A stretch of 64,000 nt of DNA, taken from the NCBI RefSeq assembly GCF_963921235.1, contig NC_086098.1, positions 8,618,001-8,682,000 on the forward strand. The letters run 5' to 3'. The notes under the pieces were generated by a model. It saw only the letters and a program-made list of their open reading frames with translations. It was not told where the DNA came from and searched no databases. Shown here one piece after another: positions 48,729 through 61,454 of this stretch (position 1 is the stretch's first letter; every line of letters starts with the position of its first letter). A program made the position numbers and the translations under genes. This DNA comes from Mobula hypostoma (lineage: Eukaryota).

Positions 48729-50358
48729 CAGTGCCTATAAAAAGTATTCACCTGCTTGTAAGTTCTTATGTTTAAGTTTTACAACATTGAGTCACAGTGG
48801 ATTTTATTCGTCTTTTTTGACGCTGATCAACAGAAGACTCTTTCGTGTCAGTGAAAACAAATTTCTACAAATTGAGCTAAATTTATTAGTTATTAAACAC
48901 AAAATAATTGATTGTATAATTACTCACCCCCTTCAAGTCACTGTTTAGCAGATGCCCCTTTGTCAGCAATTGTAGCCTTGAGTCTGTGTGGATAGGTCTC
49001 TATCAGCTTTGCACACCTGGACACTGCAATTTTTCCCCCATTCTTCTTCACAAAACTGTTCAAGCTCTGTCAGATTGCATGGGGTTCATGAGTGAACAGC
49101 CCTTTTCAAGTCCAGCCACAAATTCTCAATTGGATTGTGGTCTGGATTCTGACTTGGCCATTCTAGAGCATTAACTTTGTTGTTTCTAAGCCATTCCTCT
49201 GTAGCTTTGGATTTATGCTTGGGGTCATTGTTTTGCTGGAAAACAAATCTTCATCCAAGTCACAATTCTCTTGTAGATTACATCAGGTCTTCCTCCAGGA
49301 TTTCCCTCTATTTTTGCTGCATTCATTTTACCCTCTACCTTCGCAAGCCTTCCAGAACCTGCTGCGGTGAAGCATTCCCACAGCATGATGCAGCCACCAC
49401 CATGCTTCAGCCCACTACCATGCCTCATGGTAAGGTGGTAAGGATAGTGTGTTTTTGATGATGTGCAGTGTTTGACTTATGCCAACATAGTGTTTTAGTC
49501 TGATGGCCAAAAAGCTCAATTTTAGTGTCTTCAGACCATAGAACCTTCTTCCAGCTGACTTGAGTCCCCCCAGAGATGTGCCTTCTGGCAAACTCTAGCT
49601 GAGATTTCATGCAAGTGTTTTTCCCCCAATGATGGCTTTCTCTTTGCCATTCTGCCATAAAGCTCAACTGGTGAGGCACCTATGCTACATTTGTGTGTAC
49701 AGTCTCACCCATCTCAGGTAAAGCTTGCAACTCTTCCATAGGTGTCATTAGGTTTCCTGGTAACCTCTCTCACTTGTCCCTTTCTTGCATGGTCACTCAG
49801 TTTTTGAGGATGGCCTGCTCTAGGCAGATTTACAGCTTTGCCATATTCTTTACATCTCTTGATGATTAACAACTGTACCAAAGGAACATCCAGTGACTTG
49901 GAAATTTTCTTGCATTCATCTCCTGACTTGAGCTTTTCATTAACCTTTTTGTGGAGTTGCTTGGAGTGTTCTTTTGTCTTTATAGTGTAGTTTTTACCAG
50001 GGCACTGGCTCACCTTCCAGATGCAGCAGTATTTTTACCACAATCAATTGAAACACCTTGACTGCACACGGGTGACCTCCATTTGAATAACTATGTGACT
50101 TCTGAACCAATTGTGATCAGTTGGTAGGTTGGATTAAGGGGGGGGGGGTGAATACTGATGCAATCAATTATTTTGTGTTTTATATTTGTAATTAATTTAC
50201 ATCATTTTGTAAAGATCTGTTTTCAATTTGACACGAAAGAGTCTTTTTCTGTTGATCAGTGTCAAAAAAAAAAGAAATTAAATCCACTGTGATTCAATGT
50301 TGTAAAATTAAAGATTAAAACTTCCAAGGTGGGGGATGAATACTTTTTATCGGCACTG
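48729..50358 (-). mobile_element. Old Tc1 transposon, heavily degraded
   Basis: TIRs CAGTGCC.ATAAAAAGTATTCA; KVLWSEDTKIELFG and KHGGGCIMLWECF. Confidence 0.88.
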
Positions 50359-51794
50359 TATGTGTGTTTGTGTATATGTATTTTTTTTACATTTATGGCT
50401 GTGTTGGTAACTAATTTATTGTCAGATAATGCCGGTTCCCCAACCATTGGCACGGACCTTGTTAATCCGGGCAACATCTGTGCCGGCATGAATCTTCTTG
50501 TTCTTGTCACAGTCATCCGAAGGTTTTGGTGGGACACATGTTGCATAATCTTGAGGGGGTTCAGCCCACGACGCCTACCGGGCTGCCACCACTGGGACCT
50601 TAAACCCAGGCCTCTGCGCCATAGATCCCGGATGGTTCCTAGTGTTGGCCTCCAAAACTATATAATTTGGGTGTTTGTAAAACTTCAACTTCTCAAAATT
50701 GATTAAATTTATCACTTTACCTTAAACCAAAGCAATTATCAATCAGTGCTTTGGACAACTGTCCGCTTTAAGCAAGTTTTGTAAAGTTATCTTATACACT
50801 TGTAATCCTTAAACCTTTTGGCTGTGATGTGTAATTGGAGTTTTGTTTCCAATGCACATTAAACTAAAAGTTCGTTAGAACTGTTCTTGAGTATAATGAC
50901 ACTTGTGTTGGTATTTGTCCAAATATGTATTTTTCCCAGCTTCACTTCTGAGCAACTTTGTTGTTATTAATACATTTTGCATAAGATTTTAGAATATAGT
51001 TTATTTTTGTTTTCTCTGATTTTTTTAAAACTCAGATTAGCTGAAATTTGTCAGGTCTCAAACATACAAATCTCCAGATTTGGATATACGTGACCATGTT
51101 CTCTGCTGGAGTCTTATATCCTGGCAATAACCCAAGGGTTTATTCCTTTTTCTTTTGGTCTTTTGTACACCTCCTTGTGGTTAGTTTTAGTACAATATTT
51201 GAAGATACTCTTGATTAGGAAAACACCACAGTGAAGGAAATAAAATCACTTTTTAAATGCATAACCATATGTGTCCATTTTAATGGTCCATGTACACTGT
51301 CTTAATGCTTTGGAATTTACCAAGCTTTTAAAAGCTGGCTTTCCTGGATTAAAAGACAACAAAATTAAATTAGGAGCCTCTGCTTGAAAATTATTAGTAC
51401 TAGTAACATGCAGACCAGTATTTAACTTTTGAAGAGAAGCGATCATGCCTCTGCTTTGCAGCACTCCCAATAATTTGAAAGTGAATTAAAATACTGCAGA
51501 TCCTGAAAATCTGAAATAAAAAAGCATGTTGTGTTGGTACTTGTTTTTTATGCAAGTAGATTGCAGCTTTTTTCTCACTATAATCTTCTGTGGGATTCTT
51601 CATATCTTTTGCACATCTTCCTCAACAAACCATTAATTTGCACTGATTTCTGGTCTTTGGTCTTGTGAATTGGTTTTACTGATTTGTCAATCAATGAAAC
51701 TGTGAATGTTTTAGGACAACTTTCAATAAGGTGCAAAGATGTGAGATAATTGGAAGGAGCTAAGTTCAAAGTAAATTTATTACCAAAGTGCATA

Positions 51795-52055
51795 TATGGT
51801 AGCATAGTGGTTAGCACAATGCCTTGCAGTACCAGCGACCTGGGTTCAATTCCCACCACTGCCTATAAGGAGTTTGTACGTTCACCCCGTGACCCCATGG
51901 GTTTCCTTCGGGTGCTACGGTTTCCTCCCACAGACCAAAGACGTACCAGTTGGCAGGTTAATCGGTCATTGTAAATTGTCCCGTGATCAGGCTAGGATTA
52001 AATCAGGGCTTGATGTGCAGCGTGGCTCAGATGGCTGGAAGGGCCTATTCCATGC
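51795..52055 (+). mobile_element. Old tRNA-derived SINE
   Basis: TAGCATAGTGG A box, GGTTCAATTCC B box; body shared with 15470-15645. Confidence 0.7.
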
Positions 52056-52305
52056 TGTAGTTTCTTGTGGCCATTCACTGTAGAACAGAATCAATGGGAA
52101 AACTGCACATAAGCGAAGACTGACAAGCAGCCAATGTGCAGAAGCAGATAAACTGCAAAAACAAAATGAATTTAAAAAACTGAGAACACCGGGTGCAGAG
52201 TCCTTGAAAGTGAGTCCATAGATTGTTGAGGGTTGAGGCTGGTTCAGGAGCCTGCTGGTTGAAGGGAGATAACTGTTCCTGAACCTGATGGTGTGGGATC
52301 TAAGG

Positions 52306-53008
52306 CAGCAGTCCCCAACCACTGGGCCGCGGACCGCTACCGGGCCGTGAGGAAACGATATGAGTCAGCTGCACCTTTCCTCATTCCCTGTCACGCCCAC
52401 TGTTGAACTTGAACATAGGGTTGCCAACTGTCCCGTATTTGCCGGGACATCCCGTATATTGGGCTAAGTTGGTTTGTCCCGTATTTCCCCCGCTAAGGTA
52501 GAGCGTTCCTATGAAAGTTCGTGCCGAAATGGCATAAAGTGAAGAAGCAATTACCATTAATTTATATGGGAAAAATTTTTGAGCGTTCCCAGACCCAAAA
52601 AATAACCTGACAAATCCTACCAAATAACACATAAAACCAAAAATAAATAACGCTAACATATAGTAAAAGCAGGAATTATATGATAAATACACAGCCTATA
52701 TAAAGTCAAAATAATGTATGTATAGTCGGGAAGATGAAGGCAAAACCGATTTGTGGGGGGAGAATCGGCACATGCGCACGTCACGCATGCGCAAGGCTTC
52801 ATGGTCATGGTCGTCTTTCCTGGGGTAAAGTGTCCCGGGATTTGACTGATACTTTTGTCCCTTATTTGGGAGTGAGAAAGTTGGCAACCCTAACTGTAAA
52901 AGACATGTTGAGGTGAGTTTAACCCTACTTGAACACCCACCCTCCCCCGGTCGGCCGGTCCGCAAGAATATTATCAATATTAAACCGGTCCGCGGTACAA
53001 AAACCCTG
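52306..53008. mobile_element. Non-autonomous hAT (Charlie-like) element containing a second TIR element (52416-52892)
   Basis: 8-bp TSD ATCTA(A/G)GG at 52298-52305 and 53009-53016; subterminal CCGCGGACCG/CGGTCCGCGG; inner TIR TAGGGTTGCCAACT. Confidence 0.8.
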
Positions 53009-54154
53009 ATCTAGGGTACCTCCTGCCTGATGACAGCCACGAGAAGAGTGCATGGCCTGGATGATTGGGTGGGGGGTGGGGGCTGCTGAGGGTCCTTGAT
53101 GATGGATGCATTAGTTATTCATACGTACAAGGTGTTTTTGCTCCCTAATTGTTCTTGCAGTAATTAATGTTGAAACACCACAATCTCATGGTCATAGTGT
53201 TGGAGAGCTGAGCTGCACAGTACAGCATGGGCCCTTCTACCCACCACATCCAATGCCCATCCACGAAAAAATCCCAATTGCCTGCATAAGAACCATATCC
53301 TTCTATGCCTTGCCTATTTGTGTCTGTATAAATGCTTCTGACTGTATCTGATTCCACCCATAACAGCGATGGGCAGTGAGTTCCAGGAATTTGATTGAGC
53401 ACCGATGGAGGATTAGTGCTATATCTCTGAGTGACTTAACCTTCAGCTTCCAGTTCCTGATGTTTCCATGCACTTGTCACTCTGTTTCAAAAGCCATCTG
53501 TTTCACTGACATATAATTTGTATCCTATGTACTGTCTATACCCACGAGCCTGTGATATGGCAGCTAAAGAGTTTTTCATTGTACCTGTACCTCACTGCAA
53601 GACCATAAGACGTAGGAGCAAAATGGGCCATTTGGCCCATCGAGTATGCCTTGCCATTCTATCATGGCTGATTTATTTTCCCACTGACCCCCATTCTCCT
53701 GTCTTCTCCCTGCAACCTTTGAAGCCCTTATAATCAAGAACCTATCATAAGTATCCCATTACATTCCTGATTGTGTGTACAAAGGAGTGCCTTTGTGTAA
53801 TCAGGTGAGTTACTGTTGCAGAATATTTGGCTCCTAACTTTCTCTTCGAGTTTCTGATCAGTTCTAGTAATATCACCTTCATCATGAACCCCTACCACCC
53901 AGATCATTCTCTCTTCTCACTGCTGCTATTAGGAAGAAGGTACAGGAGCCTCAGGACTGACATCACCAGGTTCAGGAACAGTTATTACCCCTCAGCCATC
54001 GGGCTTTTGAACCAAAGGGGATAACTGAACTGTTCCCACAACCTATGGACCCACTTTCAAGGACTCCACAACCCATGTTATCGATATTTGTTCTAGTGTC
54101 TTGTTTTACTTTTTAGTACTTTAGTATTATTATTAGTTTTTCTCTTTTTTTGTA

Positions 54155-54750
54155 CGAGGGGTGATTGATAAGTTCGTGGCCTAAGGTAGAAGGAGTCAAT
54201 TTTAGAAAACCTAGCACATTTATTTTTCAAAATAGTCCCCTCCTGCATTTGCACACTTAGTCCAGCAGTCGTGGAGCATATTGATCTTGGACCTCCAGAA
54301 ATGTCCACAGATGGGTGATTGATAAGTTTGTGGCCTAAGGTAGAAGGAGATGAGTTATACAGCTGTCATTACATGCACGTGCAGTTCAACTCTGAGTGCT
54401 TATGCAGAAAGTTCGAAGTTAATAACGCATCTCCTTCTACCTTAGGCCATGAACTTATCAATCACCCCTGATGAGTTATTAACTTCAAACTTTCTGCATA
54501 ATCACTCAAAGAGTTGACCTGCACATGTATGTAACAAGAGACATATGACTCATCTCATTTTACCTAAGGCCACGAACTTACCAATCGCCCCTACTGTGGA
54601 CAGTTTCTGAAGGTCCAAGACCCGTATGCTCCACGACCACTGGACGAAGTGTGTAAATGTAGGAGGAGACTGTGTTGAAAAATAAATGTGCTAGGTTTTC
54701 TAAAATCGACTCCTTCCACCTTAGGCCACGAACTTATCAATTACGCCTCG
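54155..54750. mobile_element. Mariner-derived foldback MITE
   Basis: TA TSDs; ends CGAGGGGTGATTGATAAGTTCGTGGCCTAAGG; long inverted arms; no ORF. Confidence 0.88.
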
Positions 54751-55202
54751 TATTTGCATAGTTTGTTGCCTTCTGCACATTGATTGTTTGTCATGTTGGG
54801 TATGCAGTCTTTCGTTGATTCTTTTGTATTTCGTGGATTTACTATGTATGTCAACAAGAAAGTGAATCTCAGGGTAACATGTCTGTCTTTTGCACATTGG
54901 TTGTTTGTCAGTGTTTTTGTTAAATTAGCTATCATTTCCATCATCATACTTGTGTGAGATCTCCTATTCCAATAGAAAGCTTAACGAAGGCAATGCTTCA
55001 CTTGCACTCATAGGACAAATTGGTACTTTTTCCTATAATCCATGAAATTTGGAATAGATGATTGGTATAGAAACACTGCATCACTAGGGCTCTGCAGTAG
55101 CATAGTGGTTAGCATGATGCTATTACAGCTCGCGACAGTCCAGAGCTCAGAGTTTAATTCTGGCGCTGTCTGTAAGGAATTTGTACTTTCTCCCTGTAGC
55201 CC

Positions 55203-58200
55203 TGTTAGGTCCCAAACAACAAGGGCATGTTTTTCTTTTGTTTAAACAACTTAACGTCTCCATTCAACGCCGCCACCTGTACATCCCACAATTCCCCCTT
55301 CTCCTCCTGCGCACACGCACATAACAGGGAGAGTGTGCATTGTACTAAATATTGCATAGTCCAAATGAACGATACTCAACAATCTCCTATTCTTTTTATG
55401 TATATATTAAAAATTAAATAAAAGATAATTAAAGTCAATTCAAATGTCCATTAGGATATGAGAACCTCGATGTTAATACAATTCTCAAGGTACCAGATGC
55501 CTTCACTAAGTGCCTTTAACAGCACAAGAGCTCCCTTCTTTGTGAAACAGTCAGCTAGTTGTTCCTTTATAGTTGACCATAGCACACGACAAATTTTCTG
55601 TGCTTGGACAAGTTCTTCAAGCCTGCTTATCCCCAGGCGAAGCTTCTTCTCTGTAACTAAGCTGGTGGATTTGATGGCATCAACGAAAGAATAGTTGTCT
55701 GTAACGCAAGTTATCTGTAGACTGTCCTTCTTTGGGTCACCATGGAAAAGCTCAGAATAAAGTGTGGCCAGAAAAACAGCATTGTCAATAGCTTCAGACA
55801 TTGCGAGGGTTTCTCCTGCCAGGGTACTCCGTACAATTCTTTGGATATTTTTGATTGCCAGTAGAGGTGAAAATCTTCCCTCTTCTCCAAGCAATACAAT
55901 AAAATGTCCCTCTTGAGTACTTCCATCAGGAAGATTTCCAAGTGAGGTGTCACTGGAGACAACGAGCCTCATTGAGCTATTGAAACTTCAAGACTACTTT
56001 TTCCAATTGCCATTTTTTGTGCTGGATGCCAAGTTGCAGACGTCAAACTTGATGTCAGGTCTGCTCTGCCTTGCCAGCTATAGAACCTGACCTATCTTTG
56101 ACCTAAGTTGTTCAGCTTCAGCTTCACTCGAGGTGTGCATCCCATTGTGTTTTTTGGTCAATGTCTTTAGCTACCTCAAACACTCCCATTATTTCTCCAA
56201 CTTCTGATTTCATCCTGTTTTGCAGCTTCAAACGACACCTCTTTAGTTACTAGGATATCTTCATCTTAATATTTCTCAGACGGTCCAGCCTGATCTATGC
56301 TTGATTCAATATGAAGTCTGTGTAAACGTGACATGTCAACTGTCCCTGCAGTGCCTGCGATTGTGACTGGTTTTAGGTAATTCAAGTTGTATCAACTTTT
56401 GTTTCTTTTGTTTTACCTGCTCATCCTAAGACTTCAGTTTTGTATGAGGTAGCAATGTCTTCGTCTACAAATCTCACAGTTTGTCCTGTTTAAAAACTGA
56501 AACTTCCATGTTGTCTTTCCATTTGTGATAATTTCTGTTCAGGCAAGTTTGTTACGTCCCCACTGCTCTCTCTTCAGCAATGTCTATGCCACTGTTAAGC
56601 AACTCTGTTGGGTCCTCAGCTGCACTCTCCTCATCCCTCTCTGTGCTATGTGACCGTGTGCCAGGTAAGTGCTTTTCATTTCTTGTGTCATTTTCCATGG
56701 AGTTCTAATCGTTTTCAGTTTGTGCTTTACGTAGTCTGGAATGATGCATTCTCACATATGTACCTCCATGTCTCACCAATACCACAACTCTATCCTGACC
56801 ACTGACAACTCCAAGACCTTTCCATTCTGTACAGTCTGCTCTTTTGTAATACACTTTGTCCCATGTCGTATTTGTCATTTGTAAGAAGGTCCTGTGTCCT
56901 CTGTGCTCTTCAAATTCTCTCTGAACACTCTGCTTTAGTGAAAGTTTTCCTTGATGCATGCAGTGCTGAGATATGTTTCTCAACTCATTCACTCCTTGTC
57001 GGGCCCTCTAGAGCGTGTGGTCTGTCAACCAGTACAGAGGGAAGGTTTGGATTTTGGCGGATCATCAATTGATACGGGCTATAGCCACCTACATTTTGCA
57101 TGGTATTCTTCGCCATAAGGGCCCAGTGCAGGGCTGTGTTCCAATCACAGTCACTGCTTTTCTTTATCTTCAGCCTTATTTCAGTAACCATTTCGTTGTG
57201 AAACTTCAGAAGTCCATTACTCCATTAGCGTATTCATACCTTTATATTTGTCTTCCACTGAAATTCCCATTGCAGTCTCTCTCGCTCTTCTTGAAACCGA
57301 CAACGCAACAGGCAAGGCTTGCTTCGGCTTCTCCAGTTCTGTAATATGAGTCAATATTCCAGTTTAATTTTTCCAGCTTTCGTAAGGCTTGCTCTCTTAA
57401 ATGCTGGCAGGATCCTCTAATTGGAACACATCCTCTGCTACCACTGTTAATGTCCAAACAACAAGGACGCATTTTTCTTTTGTTTAAACAACTTTACTTG
57501 CAATATCTGTGTTCAATACTTGAAGGCCGCCACCTTTAAGGCTGATTTATACTTGTGCGTCAGTGTGTCTGCAATTCACCGCTAAAACGCAAGTTGGCGT
57601 GGGATTTCTATGCCACTGTGTTGAGTTTCTTCGTGTTGATGTTCTTCAAACAATGGCGACTGAAACTGAAGGAGGGTGAATTTTCTGTGCTTGTCCGGCC
57701 ACGGAGAGACATGGACAAGGAAATGCATTTCAAATATTGTCGGATTTCGGCAGGTAGATTTGACGATTTGGTTCATTGTCTCCAACCATTTATTTCGCAT
57801 CAGTGTACGCATAGTATACTCAGAGACGGGTAATCACCATTCAAGTTTTAGCTTCAGGTGGAAGTCCACAGGCTGTAGCAGCTAGCTACAAACTGGTGTC
57901 AAGCACAGGGTCCTCCATAATTTCGGAGGTCTGTAAAGCTTTATGGAAAGCATTGCAGCCAGAGTTCCTTCCCTGCCCTTCAGTCGCCCAATGGGAAGCT
58001 ATTGCAGCGTAGAATGAAATGCGATGCTACAAAGCAGACCAATCACAGTTGTTGCAGTCTGCGTTGCTGCGATGCGTAGTTACATTTTGGGGGGGGGGTG
58101 CGCGTTAGGCTACGTCATAGGGTACAGCGTAGGGTACACGGCTACGGTGTACATTTGACACACAAGTATAAATCAGCCTTTACACCTCACAATTCCCCCC

Positions 58201-58279
58201 TTCTCCTGCGCACACATGCATAACGAAGAGTGCGAATGTGTACTAAATATGTACATAGACAAATGAACAGAACACAACA
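55203..58279 (-). mobile_element. Copia LTR retrotransposon (GalEa-like), internally deleted; 5' LTR 57445-58279, 3' LTR 55203-55381
   Basis: TG..CA LTR pair; PBS TGGTAGCAGAGGATG (57429-57443) complementary to tRNA-iMet; PPT at 55382-55397; integrase precedes RT/RNase H; RIVRSTLAGETLA and QLADCFTK; sits inside a tRNA-SINE. Confidence 0.85.
57539..58179 (+). mobile_element. Non-autonomous PIF/Harbinger element in the Copia 5' LTR
   Basis: TIR AGGCTGATTTATACTTGTG; TTA TSD at 57536-38 and 58180-82; transposase N-terminal fragment [32 protein letters not shown]. Confidence 0.88.
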
Positions 58280-58429
58280 ACCCTGTTGGTTTCCTCCCTC
58301 AGTCTATGGACATACTAGTTTGTAGGTTAGTTGGTCATTCTAAATTGTCCTGTGATCAGGCTAGGGCAACAGTATGGTTCATTAGGACGGAAGGGCCTGT
58401 ACTGTGCTGTATCTCTAAATGAAATAAAC

Positions 58430-59645
58430 ATAGAAACGTAGAAAACCTACAGCACAATGCAGGTCCTTTGGCCCACAGAGTTATGCTGAACATGTCTCTA
58501 CCTTAGAAATTACTAGACTTACGCATAGCCCTCTATTTTACGAAGCTCCATGTACCTATCTAAAAGTCTCTTAAAAAAACCCTATTGTATCTGCCTCCAC
58601 CACTGTTGCTGGCAACCCACTCTACGCACTCACCACTCTCTGCGTAAAAAAAAAACTTACCCCGACATCTCCTCTGTACCTACTCCCCAGCACCTTAAAC
58701 CTGTGCCCTCTTGTGGCAGCCACTTCAGCCCTGGGAAAAAGCCTCTGACTATCCACACGATCAATACCTCTCATTATCTTATACACCTCTATCAAGTCAC
58801 CTCTCATCTTCTGTCGCTCCAAGGAGAAAAGGCCGAGTTCACTCAACCTATTTTCATAAGGCATGCTCCCCAATCCAGGCAACATCCTTGTAAATCTCCT
58901 CTGCACCTTTTCTATGGTTTCCACATCCCTCCTGTAGTGAGGTGACCAGAACTGAGCACAGTTCTGCAAGTGGGGTCTGACCAGGGTCCTATATAGCTGC
59001 AACATTACCTCTTGTCTCCTAAATTCAATTCCACGATTGATGAAGGCCAATACACTGTATGCCTTCTTGACCACAGAGTCAATCTGCGCAGCTGCTTTGA
59101 TCATCCTTTGGACTCGGACCCCAAGATCCCTCTGATCCTCCACACTGCCAAGAGTCTTACCATTAATACTATATTCTGCCATCATATTTGACCTACCAAA
59201 ATGAGCCACTTCACCCCTGTCTGGGTTGAACTCCATCTGCCACTTCTCAGCCCAGTTTTGCATCCTATCAATGTAACCTCTGACAGCCCTCCACACTATC
59301 CACAACACCCCCAACCTTTGTGTCATCAGGAAACTTACTAACCCATCCCTCCACTTCCTCATCCAGGTTATTTATAAAAATCATGAAGAGTAAGGGTCCC
59401 AGAACAGATCCCGTGAGGTACTCCACTGGTCACTGACCTTCATGACCCGCTTACAACCACTCTTTGCTTTCTATGGGCAAGCCAGTTCTGGCTCCATAAT
59501 GCAATGTCCTCTTGGATCCCATGCCTCCTTACTTTCTCAATAAGCCTTGCATGGGGTACCTTATCAAATGCCTTGCTGAAATTCATATATATTCTACATC
59601 TACTGCTCCTCCTTCATCAATGTGTTTAGTCACATCCTCAAAAAG
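58430..59645 (-). mobile_element. CR1 LINE 3' fragment
   Basis: WAEKWQMEFN, LVRPHLQNCAQFWSP; CR1 tail at ~58430. Confidence 0.88.
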
Positions 59646-60375
59646 GCCTGAATGAGAAGGTGAGGGGAGGGAAAGGGGACAAGCTAGAAGGTGATGGGTG
59701 AAGCCAGGTTGGTGGGGGAGGGAGGGTGAAGTAAGAAGCTGGGAAATGGATAGAAAAGGCTGGAGAAGAAGAAATCTAATAAGAAAGGAGCGTGGACCAT
59801 GAGAAAAAGGGGAAGAGGAGAGGCTCCAGAGGAGGAGATGGGTGAGGAGAAGAGGTAAGGGGGTGGCCAGAGTGGGGAATTGAAGAAGAGGAAAGGGGGA
59901 GGGGAAGGATTACACTAAGTTGGAGAGAGCAGTGTTTCTGCTGTCAGACTGAAGGATACCTAGAAGGAATATGAGATGTTGCTCTTCCAACCTGAGAATG
60001 GCTTCACTGTGGCAGTAGAGGTCATGGACCGACATCTTAGAATGGGAATGGGGATTGGAATTAAAATGGTCAGCCACTGGGAAATCCTACCTTTTACAGA
60101 TGTAGTGAAGGTGCTTAACAAAGCCATCTCCAAGTCTAAATTAGGTGTTATCAATGTAGAGGAGGCCACATCAGCAGCACCGAATACAGTAGGCAATCCC
60201 ACAGCTTTGCAGTTGAAGTGTTGCCTCACCTAGAGGACTGTTTGGGGCCTTGAATGGAGCTGAGGGAGGAGGTGAATGGGCACATGTAGAACTACTTCTG
60301 CCTGCAGGGATAAATGCCAGGTGGGAGATTAGTGAGGAAGGGATGAATGGACTGGAGAACCACAGAGGAAGCAAT
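59645..60375 (-). mobile_element. Old PLE 3' fragment
   Basis: Degenerate homolog of the GIY-YIG region and pyrimidine-rich terminus. Confidence 0.7.
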
Positions 60376-61454
60376 CCTATTCTGTTCAATAGTCAAACAG
60401 GATCTCCCTTTTGTAAACCCATGCTGACTATATTCAATTATTTCCTGTCTTTTCAATTAATCCTGTCCCCTGTGCTTGTTTTCCAATAACTTCCCGACCA
60501 TTGACATTAGACTCACTGACTTACAATTACCTGTCTCGTCCACATTTTGTGTCCTCCAATCATCTAACACCTCACCTGTGTCTAGTGAAGATTTAAAAGT
60601 CTCTGCCAGAGTCCTGGAAATCTCTTTCCTTGCCTTGTATAACTGCCCACTCTATTAGGCATATAATAAACTGCAAAAATATCTAAACATAATTTCTAAA
60701 ATGTATAACCTTTGTCATTTTGTTTACTGCAATATACTCACATTCGCCTTGTATAGGAAGGAAGCTTTCAAAAACTGTACTTTCTTTGGTGAGGAGAGCA
60801 CTACAAAATTCAAAGTTCAAAGTAAATTTATTGTCAAGCATCTGTATGTTACCGTCTACTGTCATGAGATTATTTTTTCTTGCAGGCATTCACAGTAAAT
60901 GCAAAGAAGCAAAATAGAATCACTGAAAAACTACACACTAACAAAGATGGACAAACAAACAATGTGCAAAGGGCAACAAATTTTGCAAATACAAAACAAA
61001 AAACAAAATAATAATAGATAATATTGTCAAGTCCTGAAGAGTCAGTCCATAGGTTGTGGAATTAAGTTGGTGTTGGAGTGAATGATGTTATCCACTCTGG
61101 TTGAGGGGTAATAAACTGTTCATGAACTTGGTGGTGTGGGGCCTAAGGCTCCTGTACCGCTTTCCTGTTATCAGCAGCAAGAAGAGAGCATGGCTTGGAT
61201 GATGGGGGTCCTTGATGATGGATGCTGCTTTCCTGCAACAACTCTATTTGTAGATGTGCTCCTGGATAGGGAGGCTTTTACCTGTGATAGACTGGTTTAT
61301 ATACACTTACCTTTGTAGGCTTTTCCATTCAAGGGCATTGGTGTTTTCATACCAAGCTGTGATGCAATCAGTCAATATACTGTCCATCACACATCTACAG
61401 AAATTTGTCAAAGTTTTAGATGACGTGCTGAAACATCATAAACTTTGAAGAAAC

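Noticed and set aside
50329..50706. 125-aa ORF
   Set aside because: Starts inside the Tc1 TIR with GTG and has no recognisable domain.
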